NCBI GenBank assembly: GCA_051362555.1
Contig: CM120647.1
Span: 5,704,001-5,768,000, forward strand
From: Lingula anatina
Taxonomy: Eukaryota; Animalia; Brachiopoda
Length of the DNA stretch: 64,000 nucleotides
Reading direction: 5' to 3'
Under the pieces are notes generated by a model. The model saw only the letters and a program-made list of their open reading frames with translations, had not been told where the DNA came from and did no database searches. Positions within the stretch are counted from its first letter, which is position 1. Each line of letters starts with the position of its first letter. The translations under genes were made by a program, and so were the position numbers. Of the stretch, positions 53,201-64,000 are shown piece by piece.

Positions 53201-56200
53201 ATGCCAACTACAACTTCGGCACATACACTGGAGGATATGCAGGTGACCAGGATCCAGTTCGCAGTGCTCTTCAGAGAATGAAGGCTGGAGAAGTGCCAGT
53301 TCCTCCTTTTCCACCACCATCTTTAATTCAAGGTCAAGTTCAAACCAATCCTGTGGCTGATAGCACTTTGATGCCACCACCCCCGCCCCCGTTCCCATTG
53401 GCCACACCCACAGGGGGAGAGAAAAGTGTCATAGATTATGCAAACCCCATGGAGCAATTTAAGGAACACCTAAAGACCCAAAAGGTTCAACAGCAGTCTT
53501 TTGTCCCAAGCAAAGAAAACAATGGGATCCTGTGGACAAACTTTGACAAACCACCGCCGGGGTTTATCACACCATCGTTTCTATCAGTTCCTCCGCCCAG
53601 TCTGCCATCCTTTCCTGGGCAGGGTTTAGGGTACACGCCCGCGTTACCTGATTTATCAGACCCCGCAAATTCCGTGCCTGTCTTGGCGGGAACTTCAACA
53701 GATGGCCTGATCATTGTGAACCCAGATAAAAAAGAAGAGTCGTTTTCTGAGGATATCGACCTGGATGAAGACGGGAAAGAAAAGGAGCCGAAAAAGGTGC
53801 CAGCCCTCTTGGATCTGACGATTAATTTGCCCAGGAAGGTGCCCATGCATTTACCGTGGCGATGGCAACAAGAGGGGCGCGGCGTTTGTATCCCGCCACC
53901 TCTTGACATGGACCTCCAGTCCCTGCCCGCCTCGGAAAGTACGGGAAAGAGGTCAAGGCCGAAGAGGGAGAAAAAAAGGGAGACAAAGGACGAGACAGGA
54001 GATGGGAGCGCTGATGGAAGCAACGCTAATGATGAAGAAGACATGGAGGTTTGCGAGGTCGAAGATGGAAATATAGAGTGCGCTGAGGGTGTTGAGTATG
54101 AAAAACCCGACGAAGCAAAACTTGACTCTAAAGCAGAACAATCAAAATCAGGGGAGAAAGACTCGGAGGTGATGGAAACCAATGAAGCAGAGAAGCGTGG
54201 TGAACAGTCTGGTAATCAGGACACAAAATCAGACTCAAAGGCTGAGAAGTCTGAAAATAAGAGGGCAAAGTCCAAGAAAGGCATAGGTTTGAAAGGAGAA
54301 AAGCAGTGTGCTCTTGATGAACAGAAAGCTTTGATGGACAGATTATTCAGTGGCGAGGCAGACGCGGGGGTGGAGACGGTGGAGGTGGAAGTACGCGTGC
54401 CGGTTTATGCAAGGCAGAAGACCAAAAAAGGTGAGACCTGAGAAGACTTACAGGGCACTTTAGACCTTAATATTATAATAGCACAATGTTTTCTTTGAAA
54501 TTTTCTTGTATATCAACTGTTGCAATCTTTTCTTTATTACAAAGTCCAAATCCATTCCATTATTAATCTGTCAAAAACCCTTAATAAAATTATTATCTGT
54601 TAACGTCTGTAAACCTATTGTCCATAATACAACCCTCCAGATTTCATGTTGGATGACCAGAGGAAGTATATGGAACAGTTGTTCAGGGGAGAAGTATCCC
54701 CTGAGGAGCCATTTGTTATGTTGGCGGAAAAGAAGAGACATGAGATTCGGTACAGAGATGCTTCACAAGTAAGTGGTGATTTTGTCCTGGTCAAGGCTTT
54801 CCACAAAGAGCCATCTAGCTGTCATTTGGATAGACATAAGGCTCAAAAGATGGCCTTTATTTCCAAAGATGACTGGACGGCTTACAAAAATTTTTGGATT
54901 GGTTGGTTGGGCTTGCTTGCATTTTGGGATGGAGTCCTTGAAAATGGATGACCAAAGTACAGATTCACATTATGGACTCCCTGTAACTCAATTCCTCATG
55001 GCCATGGTATATGGTTCTTTCCATTCAAAACAACATTTTTCTTGTAGTCAGTTTTGGACTTTATAATGATTTTTTTAATGATTCACAAGATGAGATTAGT
55101 CTAAGTCAAGTTCATTTTGAATTGACGAAAGGTTCTATTCTAAATGGGCTCATAATAACCCATCACTTCATCCTTGTGTTAATTCCTGATGATGCCTGTT
55201 AGTATACTGTGGCATAATTAGTATGATCTTTACATTTTATTAATATTTTTATCATATTTGTTTTCTTTCAGGTCAGGAAGTTACAGGATCAGCCGATGAA
55301 TTTGGAAGAACAAATGCTGGCGCTGAAGAAGCAACAGGTAACTTTCACCCTTTGTGTGAAAATGACATGGAAAAACTATGGGTCATTTAGAGACATTCAG
55401 AAAGCTTTTGGTGGCAGGTTTCTGTAAAGAACTTATATAATTTGTCCAAAAATTGGTCTTAACTTTAATACTTAAAACTTACCTTGTTCATTGATAGATA
55501 ATTAGTTAATTTCCATGTATATATTGGTCTGAAGAATTAACCATGATTTTTCAAAAAGAAAAAAGAATAACAGAACAGAAAGAAAAGTAAATGTTTTATA
55601 ATTAGAAAACATACACTAGCTAATATTTCAGACCAGCCCTTACAATTTCAATTGACCTACCATGGATTTATCTTACACTGATGTAGATTTAAATTTTTTA
55701 TTCTGAGGGCAATGGCCAACTTTTAAAGTTCTTTTAGGAGAAATGTTCCCAGATATGATAAAATGAATCTTCTCACTTTAAAAAAAAAAGGAGTCATAAT
55801 GGGGACTGACGTCTGTGTAAATATTTTCCAGGTGATGCTGACTTTGGATGATGGTCAAGAGCCACCGTCCATGCTGGACGTGATAAAATACCAAAATGAC
55901 CACTCAGACATGGTCCAAACCATGAAGCAAGGTTTCTATGAGAAGGTGAGGATGAAAGTTGGCCACGCACGCATACATAAACACAAAATGACCATTCAGA
56001 AATGAACCAAACCAAGAAACAATTCGCAGCTGTACTAAATGGCGCCATTTGTCCCCAAAAACACGGAAATGTTCCTAGGCCCTTCAGCGACCTGAACCTC
56101 ACCAAAGAGGGGGGGCCAGCTTTCTATTTAAAGCCTGTCATTCCTAAAAAAAAAAAAAAAAACTGGACCCCTCCCCCTTCAAATAATCCTGAATCTGCCC

Positions 56201-56312
56201 CTGAGACACATACATTCTTATGCACAGTGTGCAAATACTTGTGAGAAAGATAATTAGCTTTGCAGGATTTGCAATATGACACAGAAAATGCATCTTTAGA
56301 ACAGTTGCAAAC

Positions 56313-56349
<37 letters not shown>

Positions 56350-59300
56350 AAAAGAAAAAAAGAACAGCTTTCTTGCCCTGACCGGTTTCATTCTTTCTTT
56401 GGGGGTTTTTGTTTATTTGTTACTAGGTGGAGACACTCTCCGACATAGAATACAGACAACAAATAAGACAACCTAAATATCAGTGCACGTCTGTGAGGGG
56501 GCACATTAGGGAATGCTCTATGAACAAAAACAAGGACTTTACAGTATTCCCATTTTATAAATTCACTAGGGAAACAACCCAAACAGAAAGAGAAATGAAA
56601 GAAAATCTATTCATTAATAAGTATAAACCTACATTGAATAGATAAAAGCATTGGTAAAAGCAACAATTAAACACCCATTGTTACAGACGTCACATTTTAG
56701 CCTTTATGACATCACCTAGTAACAAATAAACAAAAAAAAACCTGAAGAAAGAATGAAACCGGTCGAGGCAAAAAAGCTGGTGTTCATTTTTTCTTTTTAT
56801 TATAAATAATATATACTCGTACAGGAAAAACACTTTTACTTTTAACACATACACACACACACACACACACCATTGAATTAATTATTAAGTAAGAGTCTAC
56901 TGTTTAGATAACATCTTTATTTACATAAATGTTGTGTATAGAGGAAATAATATTTTAATATATTTACAACTAATGAATTTGAATTGCAAATTCCCATTAG
57001 AATGCACCAGAAGAGAAAAAAGAAAAACGCGAAAAATGGAACACGGACAAACAGGGTCACATGCCCATGGATCAGCTGACCCGGAAGGTCAAGGCCATGA
57101 TGCACATCCTGCGTACGCAGCCCCATCGCAGCTCAGTCATAGACACCATTAACTGTGCTTCCAAGAGCGAGGAGGTGAAGCTGGATATTTACAGGTGAGG
57201 GAAATGACCCCAGTGATCACTGATCTACTGGGCTGAACCAATATTAACTGACCCAAGTCCAGTTTTCCCCAAAAAATATTAAAAAATATAAATGCATTTA
57301 GATAAAATAAACTTGCTATTACAAAAAAGGGAAATGATCTGACAGGCTACTGAATAAAGAGGGGTTGATCATGATAATCATCATGATGATGAGGAGGAGG
57401 AGGAGGAGGATTACGGCATAGAGGTGCATGGGAAGCATTGGCATGGAGGGTGGATAACCATTCAAATAAAAAAAAACCTTTCTTCTAGGGGATGGGGGAG
57501 TTCTGTTACCCTTCCACCAAAGGTGTCCAATACTTTTCAACTTAGGCCGCATTCAGAAGAGTGTACTTAGTAGTCTGAGGGTCAAATATGGCCGGCCCAC
57601 TTGAATACTTCCCAATGGGGAATCTATTCGGTTTTTTTTAGCTGAATAGATAGCAAGCTTTTTAGTGGGTTGTCATTTTTGACCCTTGGAGTAGTAAGTC
57701 TACTGTTCTGAATGCAGCCTTTTAAGGCCATAAGGGACACTGACTCTCACAGAAAAACACACACTTAAGCCCTCTTTTCACTGGATGATGTCCTTTCTCT
57801 GCCTAGAGTAGTACAAGTCTGAGAGTAAAAAAAAAAATGACCATTTATTCTGCAACCAAAGCTTGTGCCTCTCTTCTACGATCACAACAATGCCATTTTC
57901 ATGGTCGCACAAAGGACGCTGCCCTTTGAAAAGGGGATTTCACACAAAAACACACACACTTACACTTTTTTTATTTTTGAATGTTAAATTAACTTAAAAA
58001 TGCTTGCATTTTTCCTATTTCACATGTACTAGTAATTTTTTTTGTTTCTCCAGAGTGTACCAAAGAATAGAATTTGGTGGGAAGAAGAGATTTAAGTGCA
58101 TGATGTACCTGGATAATTTGAAGGTTGCTGAAGCGTGGGGTAACCAGAAAAAGCATGCCAGGCATCAGGTCTATAAAGTTGGTAGGTGAAAAAAGCATGC
58201 CAGGCATCAGGTCTATAAAGTTGGTAGGTGAAAAAAGCATGCCAGGCATCAGGTCTATAAAGTTGGTAGGTGAAAAACTGGATCTAGTTTAATGCAATCC
58301 ACTGCATCTCAGAGAATTGGCGACTTACTTAAAAGCTTGTTGCTTACTTCCCGATTAAACACTGAACAGATTACCCATGGGATTACAAAACAGACATTCA
58401 AGTGGGTCGGCCATATTTTATCCATGGATCTGTTAGTCCACGATAGTGAATGTGCTCCACGAGTAAATTTGAACACTTCTCATTTTTCACTAAACAGCCG
58501 TCTCATCCCTGAGGCTAACAGTGGAAGAGAAAATTTTCATCTTGCGTTCAATAATTAACATTGTCACTTTGTAGTAAAACCACCAAGCTAAAAAAAAAGA
58601 TATTTGCTCATTCATAAGATCGATCTCTTTGACTTTTCCACCAGCATTGGCTCACCTGAAAGAGGAAGATGTTCAAAAACTCGTACAAAAGAACAAGCGC
58701 GGACTGCCGTCTGCAGCTGACATGCAGAAAAACGGGATGGAGCTTGAGTGTCCTGGTCAAGGACTGACCAGAGAGTCCAATGCAGGTAGGTCACACTGTG
58801 TTAGATGACCAAGACTGAACAATATATTTAGAGAATAATAGTGAGCTCCTTCAAGTTGGTTATTATTGTAGTTATATTTATGTTTGAAATTGGTATTAAA
58901 TGAATTATAGCACTTATATAAATGGTAACAATTGCTGTTAAAATCTGTTTCAATAGAATAAGAGAGGGTAAGAAGTAATTTTTTTAAGGGGGGGGGGGAG
59001 GGGAAAGGAAGAAATAAAAACAGAATTATGTTCCTATGAAAGGTGCATACAAACCGAGCATCGGTGGAGTGTGGATTCCCAGTAACATATGTAAACCAAC
59101 TCTACTAGTTTCTTATACGACTCAAATAAATTTGACATGCCAAGGGATAAACGGAATAGATCACTCAATCAGCCATAAAATAGCTTTAGACTGCTCCTTT
59201 CTTTAAATTTTTGGTTGGAAATTTAACCTACTTGCATGACCTACTTTTCTGCCCCATTGACATACAGCATAGAATGCTAGCAGAAAAATCCATTCAAACA

Positions 59301-59864
59301 TCATTTTCGGGTAAAATTAAACAATGCCTTTTGGTGATTCTCTTAGTTATACTACTTGAAACTATATGCTGGCATTTGTTTGGTTTTTGTGACAAAAATT
59401 TGACTTTGTATGCATCTTTAATAATGGCCATTAAAATATGTTTTCAAGGCAGCATTCCTAACCATCCAATCAACAAGGGCTGGAGCATACGAAAACCCCT
59501 CGAGGACTTTGTCTTGTACAGGAAACAAGAGCTAAATGTAGATCTTGGCGAAGGACCCGCCGCCATCTTGAAGCAGAGTGCCGACTTCAGCCATTGTTTG
59601 TTGGAGTTTGAGTACGAAGTGGAGAAGGTGGCGCCACCTGTGGGACCTAGTTTGGTACCAAAAAAGCCGAAGCTAGGTGAGATTGGTTATTTTGGGCCGA
59701 GACAATTTTTTAATTGAAAATAATAGAAAATGAGGCAAAAAATAATAGATTGTTTAAGAGGTTAAATGTGTTTCTTACACACAAGGAGGGATGTTTTTCA
59801 GCAAAAAGACCTAAATCACATGATTTTGTAGTCTGCGACTTCTTTAAAAATGATTGTTTTTCAT

Positions 59865-59899
<35 letters not shown>

Positions 59900-62800
59900 T
59901 ATTTTTGCAATGCTCTTGACATAGAGAAGCCTATTTTTTATCAGTGGAATAAAGATGTTGTATATACTACTATATTTTATAAATTTACCACCAATTTTTT
60001 GGGGGGCCAAAAAAGACTGAGATTTGGGTCTCAAATATGAGACCAATTTTTCGGGCTAAAGTCATTTGTGGAACAGGCTATGGCCCCATTTAGTCAGAGG
60101 GTCAAATATTGCTGACCCACTTAAATACTTCCCCACAGGATATCTATTCAGTGTCTATTATCAGATTAGACAGCAAACTTTTTAGTGGGTCGCCATATTT
60201 GACTCGCAGACTAGTTAGTCCACTCTTTTGAATGCGGTCAATAATATTATGTAAAATATAAACCCAGCCTTGGCCATTTTTCAGATGAGATGCCCCCACC
60301 CCCCCAGCCCCCACCCCAGATGTACAACACCCCTATCTGGCACCAATGGGTGCACGACAAAGCCGAGTGGGAGAAAAAATGGCACGAGATGTCTGCGGCT
60401 TATAAGAAATACGAGAAAGAGTTTCCATGGCACGCAGAACAAGAGAAGTTGAAAGCAAGGGAAAGACATCGCCAGATGCAGGAGGCTGGCATGGTGAGTT
60501 TGGTTTTAAAGGAATTATTATTATTATTATTATTATTATTATAAGAGTAGAAAAATTATTGTTGTAACAATTAACATTATTTTTATTAAAATTTTTCTTT
60601 TTGTGAATGTTGTGATAAAGAAGAGTGTGTTAGTCGATGTTTTAACATTAGATGGGGGGAGAGATGTAGATTTTCCTGTTTTATCAACTTTCATATTTGT
60701 ATCATGTTTTATTTTTTTCCTTAGCTAGTTTATGTGGTACGAGGTGCTTAAAAATCATTAAAAAGTGAACTTAGCATACAATATTTATTGTAAATTTTTT
60801 CTTCCCTTTTTAGTCCCCCCCTTGTATGCTTATTTCCCTGCATTGTTGTCCTGTTTTCTTACTTTTCCTGTAAATTTGCATCATAAGAGCTCCGATAAAA
60901 CATCATGAGTTAAGTTTACCATTCTTTTTCCCTGCTATGAGAGTAGAGAGAGTAGTTAGAACTGAAAAATTAGGGTTAAGGATTGTATTTTTATGCCCCC
61001 ATTTGAAGAAGTGGGGTATATTGCTTTGACCATATTGATCAGTCAGTCTTTTGTTATCGTATTTGTCCAACCGTTGAAGTTTCCAATAATTATGTATTTG
61101 TTTATTATTATTATTATTATTTTATTTATTTATTATTATTTTTATTATTATTTATTTATTTATTTATTTATTTTGATTCATAAAGGCCTTACTCTGATTG
61201 TGTGCCATGAAATTCTTCGATGAATTTGTTTATAAAATATTTTTAGACTGGTTGGCAAGACTTCAAGTGGAAGCGCGCTGCAGATGGCGGGTCCTCTCAA
61301 TCCTCTTATGCTCCCACTAGCAAGTGGGGGTATCAACAAACACCACAACAGCCAGTCACGTCCACGGTACCGCCACCACCCGAGTTCGTCAACATGTGAG
61401 TAGTGTGATTGGTATGACCGTTGAATTGCGATAGTAGTGGCTGTCATATAAGTGTTTGTAGACTTTTAGAGTGTGACAGTTGAGGCTTTTATTGTGATAG
61501 TTGAGACTGTCTGGGTGTGATAATTGTGACAGTCTTGAGGTGGGAGTTACGACCATTGAATTGCGATAGTAGTGATTGTCATATAAGTGTTTGTAGACTT
61601 TTAGAGTGTGAGAGTTGAGACTTTAATTGTGATAGTTGAGACTGTCTGGGTGTGATAATTGTGACAGTCTTGAGGTGGGAATTACGACCATTGAATTGCG
61701 ATAGTAGTGACTGTCATTGTGATAGTTGGGTATATTTGGGTGTAACAGTTGTGACCATGTGGATGTGATAGTGGAGACTCTGTGTGTGATAATTCTAACT
61801 ATTAAGTGTGAGAGTTGAGATGCTCCTTTCGTGATTGTCTGGTTGCTAAGTGTCTTGAGTATTGGTATAGTGCTCCAACAGGCTGTACTTCACAGTACTG
61901 CCACTGCCCAGACAGGCAAGGTGTAAGTAGTGTGTTGGCTGTGACTAATTGTGATAGTTGTGACACTTTGGTTTTGTCTTTTTGGGTATGTGAAAAACAG
62001 CAAAGACATTGGGGTCTGTTCTTAAAGACCAAACAGTACAGTACCTGTGTCTTCACTAGTTTCCTTCACAGCAGGGGGTCGTGGGTAGGTCATTCCACCG
62101 AAAAAAATTAGATTCACTGTGATATTGATGATACAAGTTCATTTTGTGCTGAGACATGATAAAGGTGGCGCCACTTTCTCGATGTTGTGCGTTAACTATC
62201 ACACTGCATTTTTCTTCTAAATGGCAGCTGGACCCTCTTCAAGAACGACACGTTAAACCATAATTTTTGTTTATCAGTTTTTGGGAGAGGTGGGGGATCT
62301 TTTACTACAGCTTTTATGGATGTGATTTGTGTCTCTTTCTTGAAAGAAGTTCACATGCCCTTAAATTGTTTTCCAGGTTCTAGCTCTAATTTTATTTCCA
62401 AACAGAAGTCATTTGGAAATAACCCCCATGATTGCTAGTCATAGGTAAAAAAAAGGAAGTACATTAAAAAAATTAGTGTACATTATCCAATGTCGAGGGG
62501 AAAAACCAAACACAAATATTTGCTAATGTTTCACTTTTTTAATATTTATCTTTTTCAGAAACTAACAACAGTGTACTTTCTGGCAAGAAAAAAACTAACG
62601 TTCAGTTATAAATATTTCGTTAATAATCCATTTTTTGGCCAGGGGAGAAATCTCATCAATTCATGATGATGGGATTTACTGAGCAATTGTCATGTGATGT
62701 TTTTTTTTTTTTTTTTTATTTATTTATTTATTTATTTTTTTTTTTAACATAAAGATGGTGTGACATAATCACCACAACTGTGGAACCAATAGCAGATGAT

Positions 62801-63211
62801 GTAAAAACACGGAGAAGAAGTATACTGTCTAATGTCAAACAGAATGACACCAAACGTGTCATGAACTGGGAAGTCTAATGTTACAAAAAAAATTTTTTTT
62901 TTAATATTCATGCCGATGTGCTGTCATTGTTTCATAGAAGTGAGATGTCATTTCATACTTGGCTGGAAAAACCATCCAGTGTTGGGTCTCTGAAGACATC
63001 TATTTTAAATTTATTTAGTAAAGGATGATTTTAAAATGTATACTACACCATTCATTTTTATTTACTTAAATTTATTCCCAGGTACAAGTGTACATGTTAT
63101 ATAGAGGGAAGGAAAATGGGCTATGCTGAAAACCTGGTCAAGGCACATGCCAAGCAGAAGGCTTGTTTTGAAGCCCTGGAGTATCTGTACAAGAACAACT
63201 GGACTATCATG
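47228..63211 (+). CDS. Large protein with a SPAG7-like N-terminus, Pro-rich/acidic region and NKRF-like dsRBD-type domains; 3' end lies beyond the window. Exons: 47228-47300, 48152-48225, 48582-48638, 53137-54430, 54641-54768, 55272-55337, 55832-55945, 57001-57194, 58054-58181, 58645-58785, 59449-59676, 60285-60493, 61247-61395, 63082-63211
   Basis: All 14 exons join in phase with GT-AG; FKCMMYLDNLKVAEAWGNQKKHARHQVYKVALAHL and AAILKQSADF..YKCTCYIEG..KAHAKQKACFEALEYL resemble dsRBD-like repeats of NKRF-type proteins; family assignment is by eye. Confidence 0.7.
49107..52800 (+). mobile_element. Helentron/HINE element carrying a 146-bp satellite array
   Basis: Subterminal IR TATTGTACCACCAG (49108) / CTGGTGGTACAATA (52754); 5' palindrome; (CCGCCGGCT)n microsatellite at ~49168-49218; 3' hairpin GAGGCGGTATCGCCTC; ends CTAG|T. 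Confidence 0.85.
50121..52590 (+). repeat. 146-bp tandem repeat (~13 copies) in three blocks
   Basis: Units start at 50121, 50267, 50413 and onward; TGACCTTGA/TGACCTTTGACC motifs; blocks are preceded by a repeated ~285-bp segment. Confidence 0.92.
56360..56785 (+). mobile_element. Penelope-like element 3' fragment (GIY-YIG C-terminus) with inverted pseudo-LTR
   Basis: RQQIRQP..VRGHIREC..FTVFPFYK..REMKENLFINKYKPTLN* (56427-56645); 56362-56429 is an inverted copy of 56713-56780. Confidence 0.8.
56741..56769 (+). ncRNA. Putative minimal type I hammerhead ribozyme, degenerate
   Basis: C-CTGAAGA-aagaat-GAAA-CCGG-TC-gagg within the Penelope pseudo-LTR; stems I and II are weak. Confidence 0.45.
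57545..57719. mobile_element. MITE family member (relatives at ~33360-33603, 38910-39060, 47548-47730, 60085-60240)
   Basis: TIR GGCCGCATTCAGAA / TTCTGAATGCAGCC; shared core CCCACTTGAATAC..CTGAATAGAT. Confidence 0.75.
58148..58275 (+). repeat. Three 42-bp tandem copies of an exon end plus donor
   Basis: aaaaaagcatgccaggcatcaggtctataaagttggtaggtg x3. Confidence 0.95.
60988..61050 (+). mobile_element. HINE 5'-end fragment
   Basis: TTTTTATGCCCCCATTTGAAGAAGTGGGGTATATTGCTTTG palindromic start followed by TCAG repeats. Confidence 0.5.
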
Positions 63212-63229
63212 GTGAGTTGTGTTACTGTC

Positions 63230-63560
63230 ACATCCAACACATTTCACTGTCTCACCTAACACAATTCCACTTTCACACCCAACACATTTTACTGTCTCTC
63301 CTTACACATTTCCACTTTCACACCCAACACATTTTACCGTCTCTCCTAACACATTTCCACTGTCACACCCAACACATTTGACTGTCTCTCTTAATGCAAT
63401 TTCACTTTCACACCCAACACATTTTACTGTCAAACTTAACACAATTTCATCCCACCCAACAAATTTTACTTTCATATCTAACATATTTTACCGTCCTTCC
63501 TAACACATTTCCACTGTCATGTCTTAAATATTTCACTGTCTCTCCTAACACATTTTCACT
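63230..63560. repeat. 42-bp minisatellite directly after a donor site
   Basis: (cacccaacacattttactgtctctcctaacacatttccacttt)n; gives the repetitive SHPTHFTVSPNT ORF. Confidence 0.85.
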
Positions 63561-64000
63561 GTAACAATAGAGGCTGTCCGGGTTCTCAACGAGAAGACCA
63601 AGTTTCCCCGTGATTTTACGAGATCTGCCTTGAGGTGGGGTTAAAATATGGAGACCACAAGGAAGTAGAGCAGCGATTTCTTTACTTGAAAAATAGCTGA
63701 ACTTACACATTATTTTTAGCTACAGGCTTGTTCTTTTTTCACTTTATAAAGAAAAAGTTTTGATATAATATGTACATACAACTGACATGTTGAATTTGCC
63801 AAGCTAAGAGCCGATGACGCTTGCAAAGCAAAATTTGCCCGGAGGACGTACTACGCAGCAAAGGTCGCGTTAAACAGGCTACATCACCAGATGCTTGTGG
63901 TACAGGAAAATGACATTAGTTACCATGCCCGTTGATACGCATGCCTTTTAGATGAAAGTGGCTAGGATTGAATGAGAATCGGACGGATGATGCCCCGGCA

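Noticed and set aside
53487-54182. 231-aa antisense ORF
   Set aside because: Ser/Phe-rich shadow of the acidic exon on the plus strand
54769-55066. ORF continuation suggesting a frameshift in the NKRF-like gene
   Set aside because: A strong donor CAA|GTAAGT at 54768 splices in phase to 55272, so this is intron
63785-63935. Short open frame (HVEFAKLR..AAKVALNRL) and a degenerate hammerhead-like string
   Set aside because: No convincing acceptor, bounded by stops, and the ribozyme core has two mismatches; cannot be supported at the window edge

Overview
AT-rich, intron-rich animal genomic DNA. The repeat families suggest a mollusc-like invertebrate (inference). The first ~13.4 kb is a nested transposon pile. 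A decayed Gypsy element is split by a complete Harbinger/PIF element, whose Myb-like ORF2 is interrupted by a 2.6 kb TSD-less insertion, and by a CCC-terminal CMC/EnSpm-like element that itself carries a second deleted Gypsy. BEL/Pao fragments and a frameshifted TatD-like ORF beside a PPT-LTR-PBS follow. The remainder holds three head-to-head gene pairs: MORN2-like (-)/DLAT (+); two C2H2 zinc-finger genes sharing a mirror-image promoter region, a 36-aa tail module and 3' flank; and PRPF6 (-)/a long multi-exon gene with a SPAG7-like N-terminus and NKRF-like dsRBD-type domains that runs off the window. Introns contain a Kolobok-like element enclosing a Helentron/HINE with a 146-bp higher-order array, a Penelope fragment with a minimal hammerhead motif, several MITEs, and recurrent tandem duplications spanning splice junctions. 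All calls were made by eye; no database searches were run.
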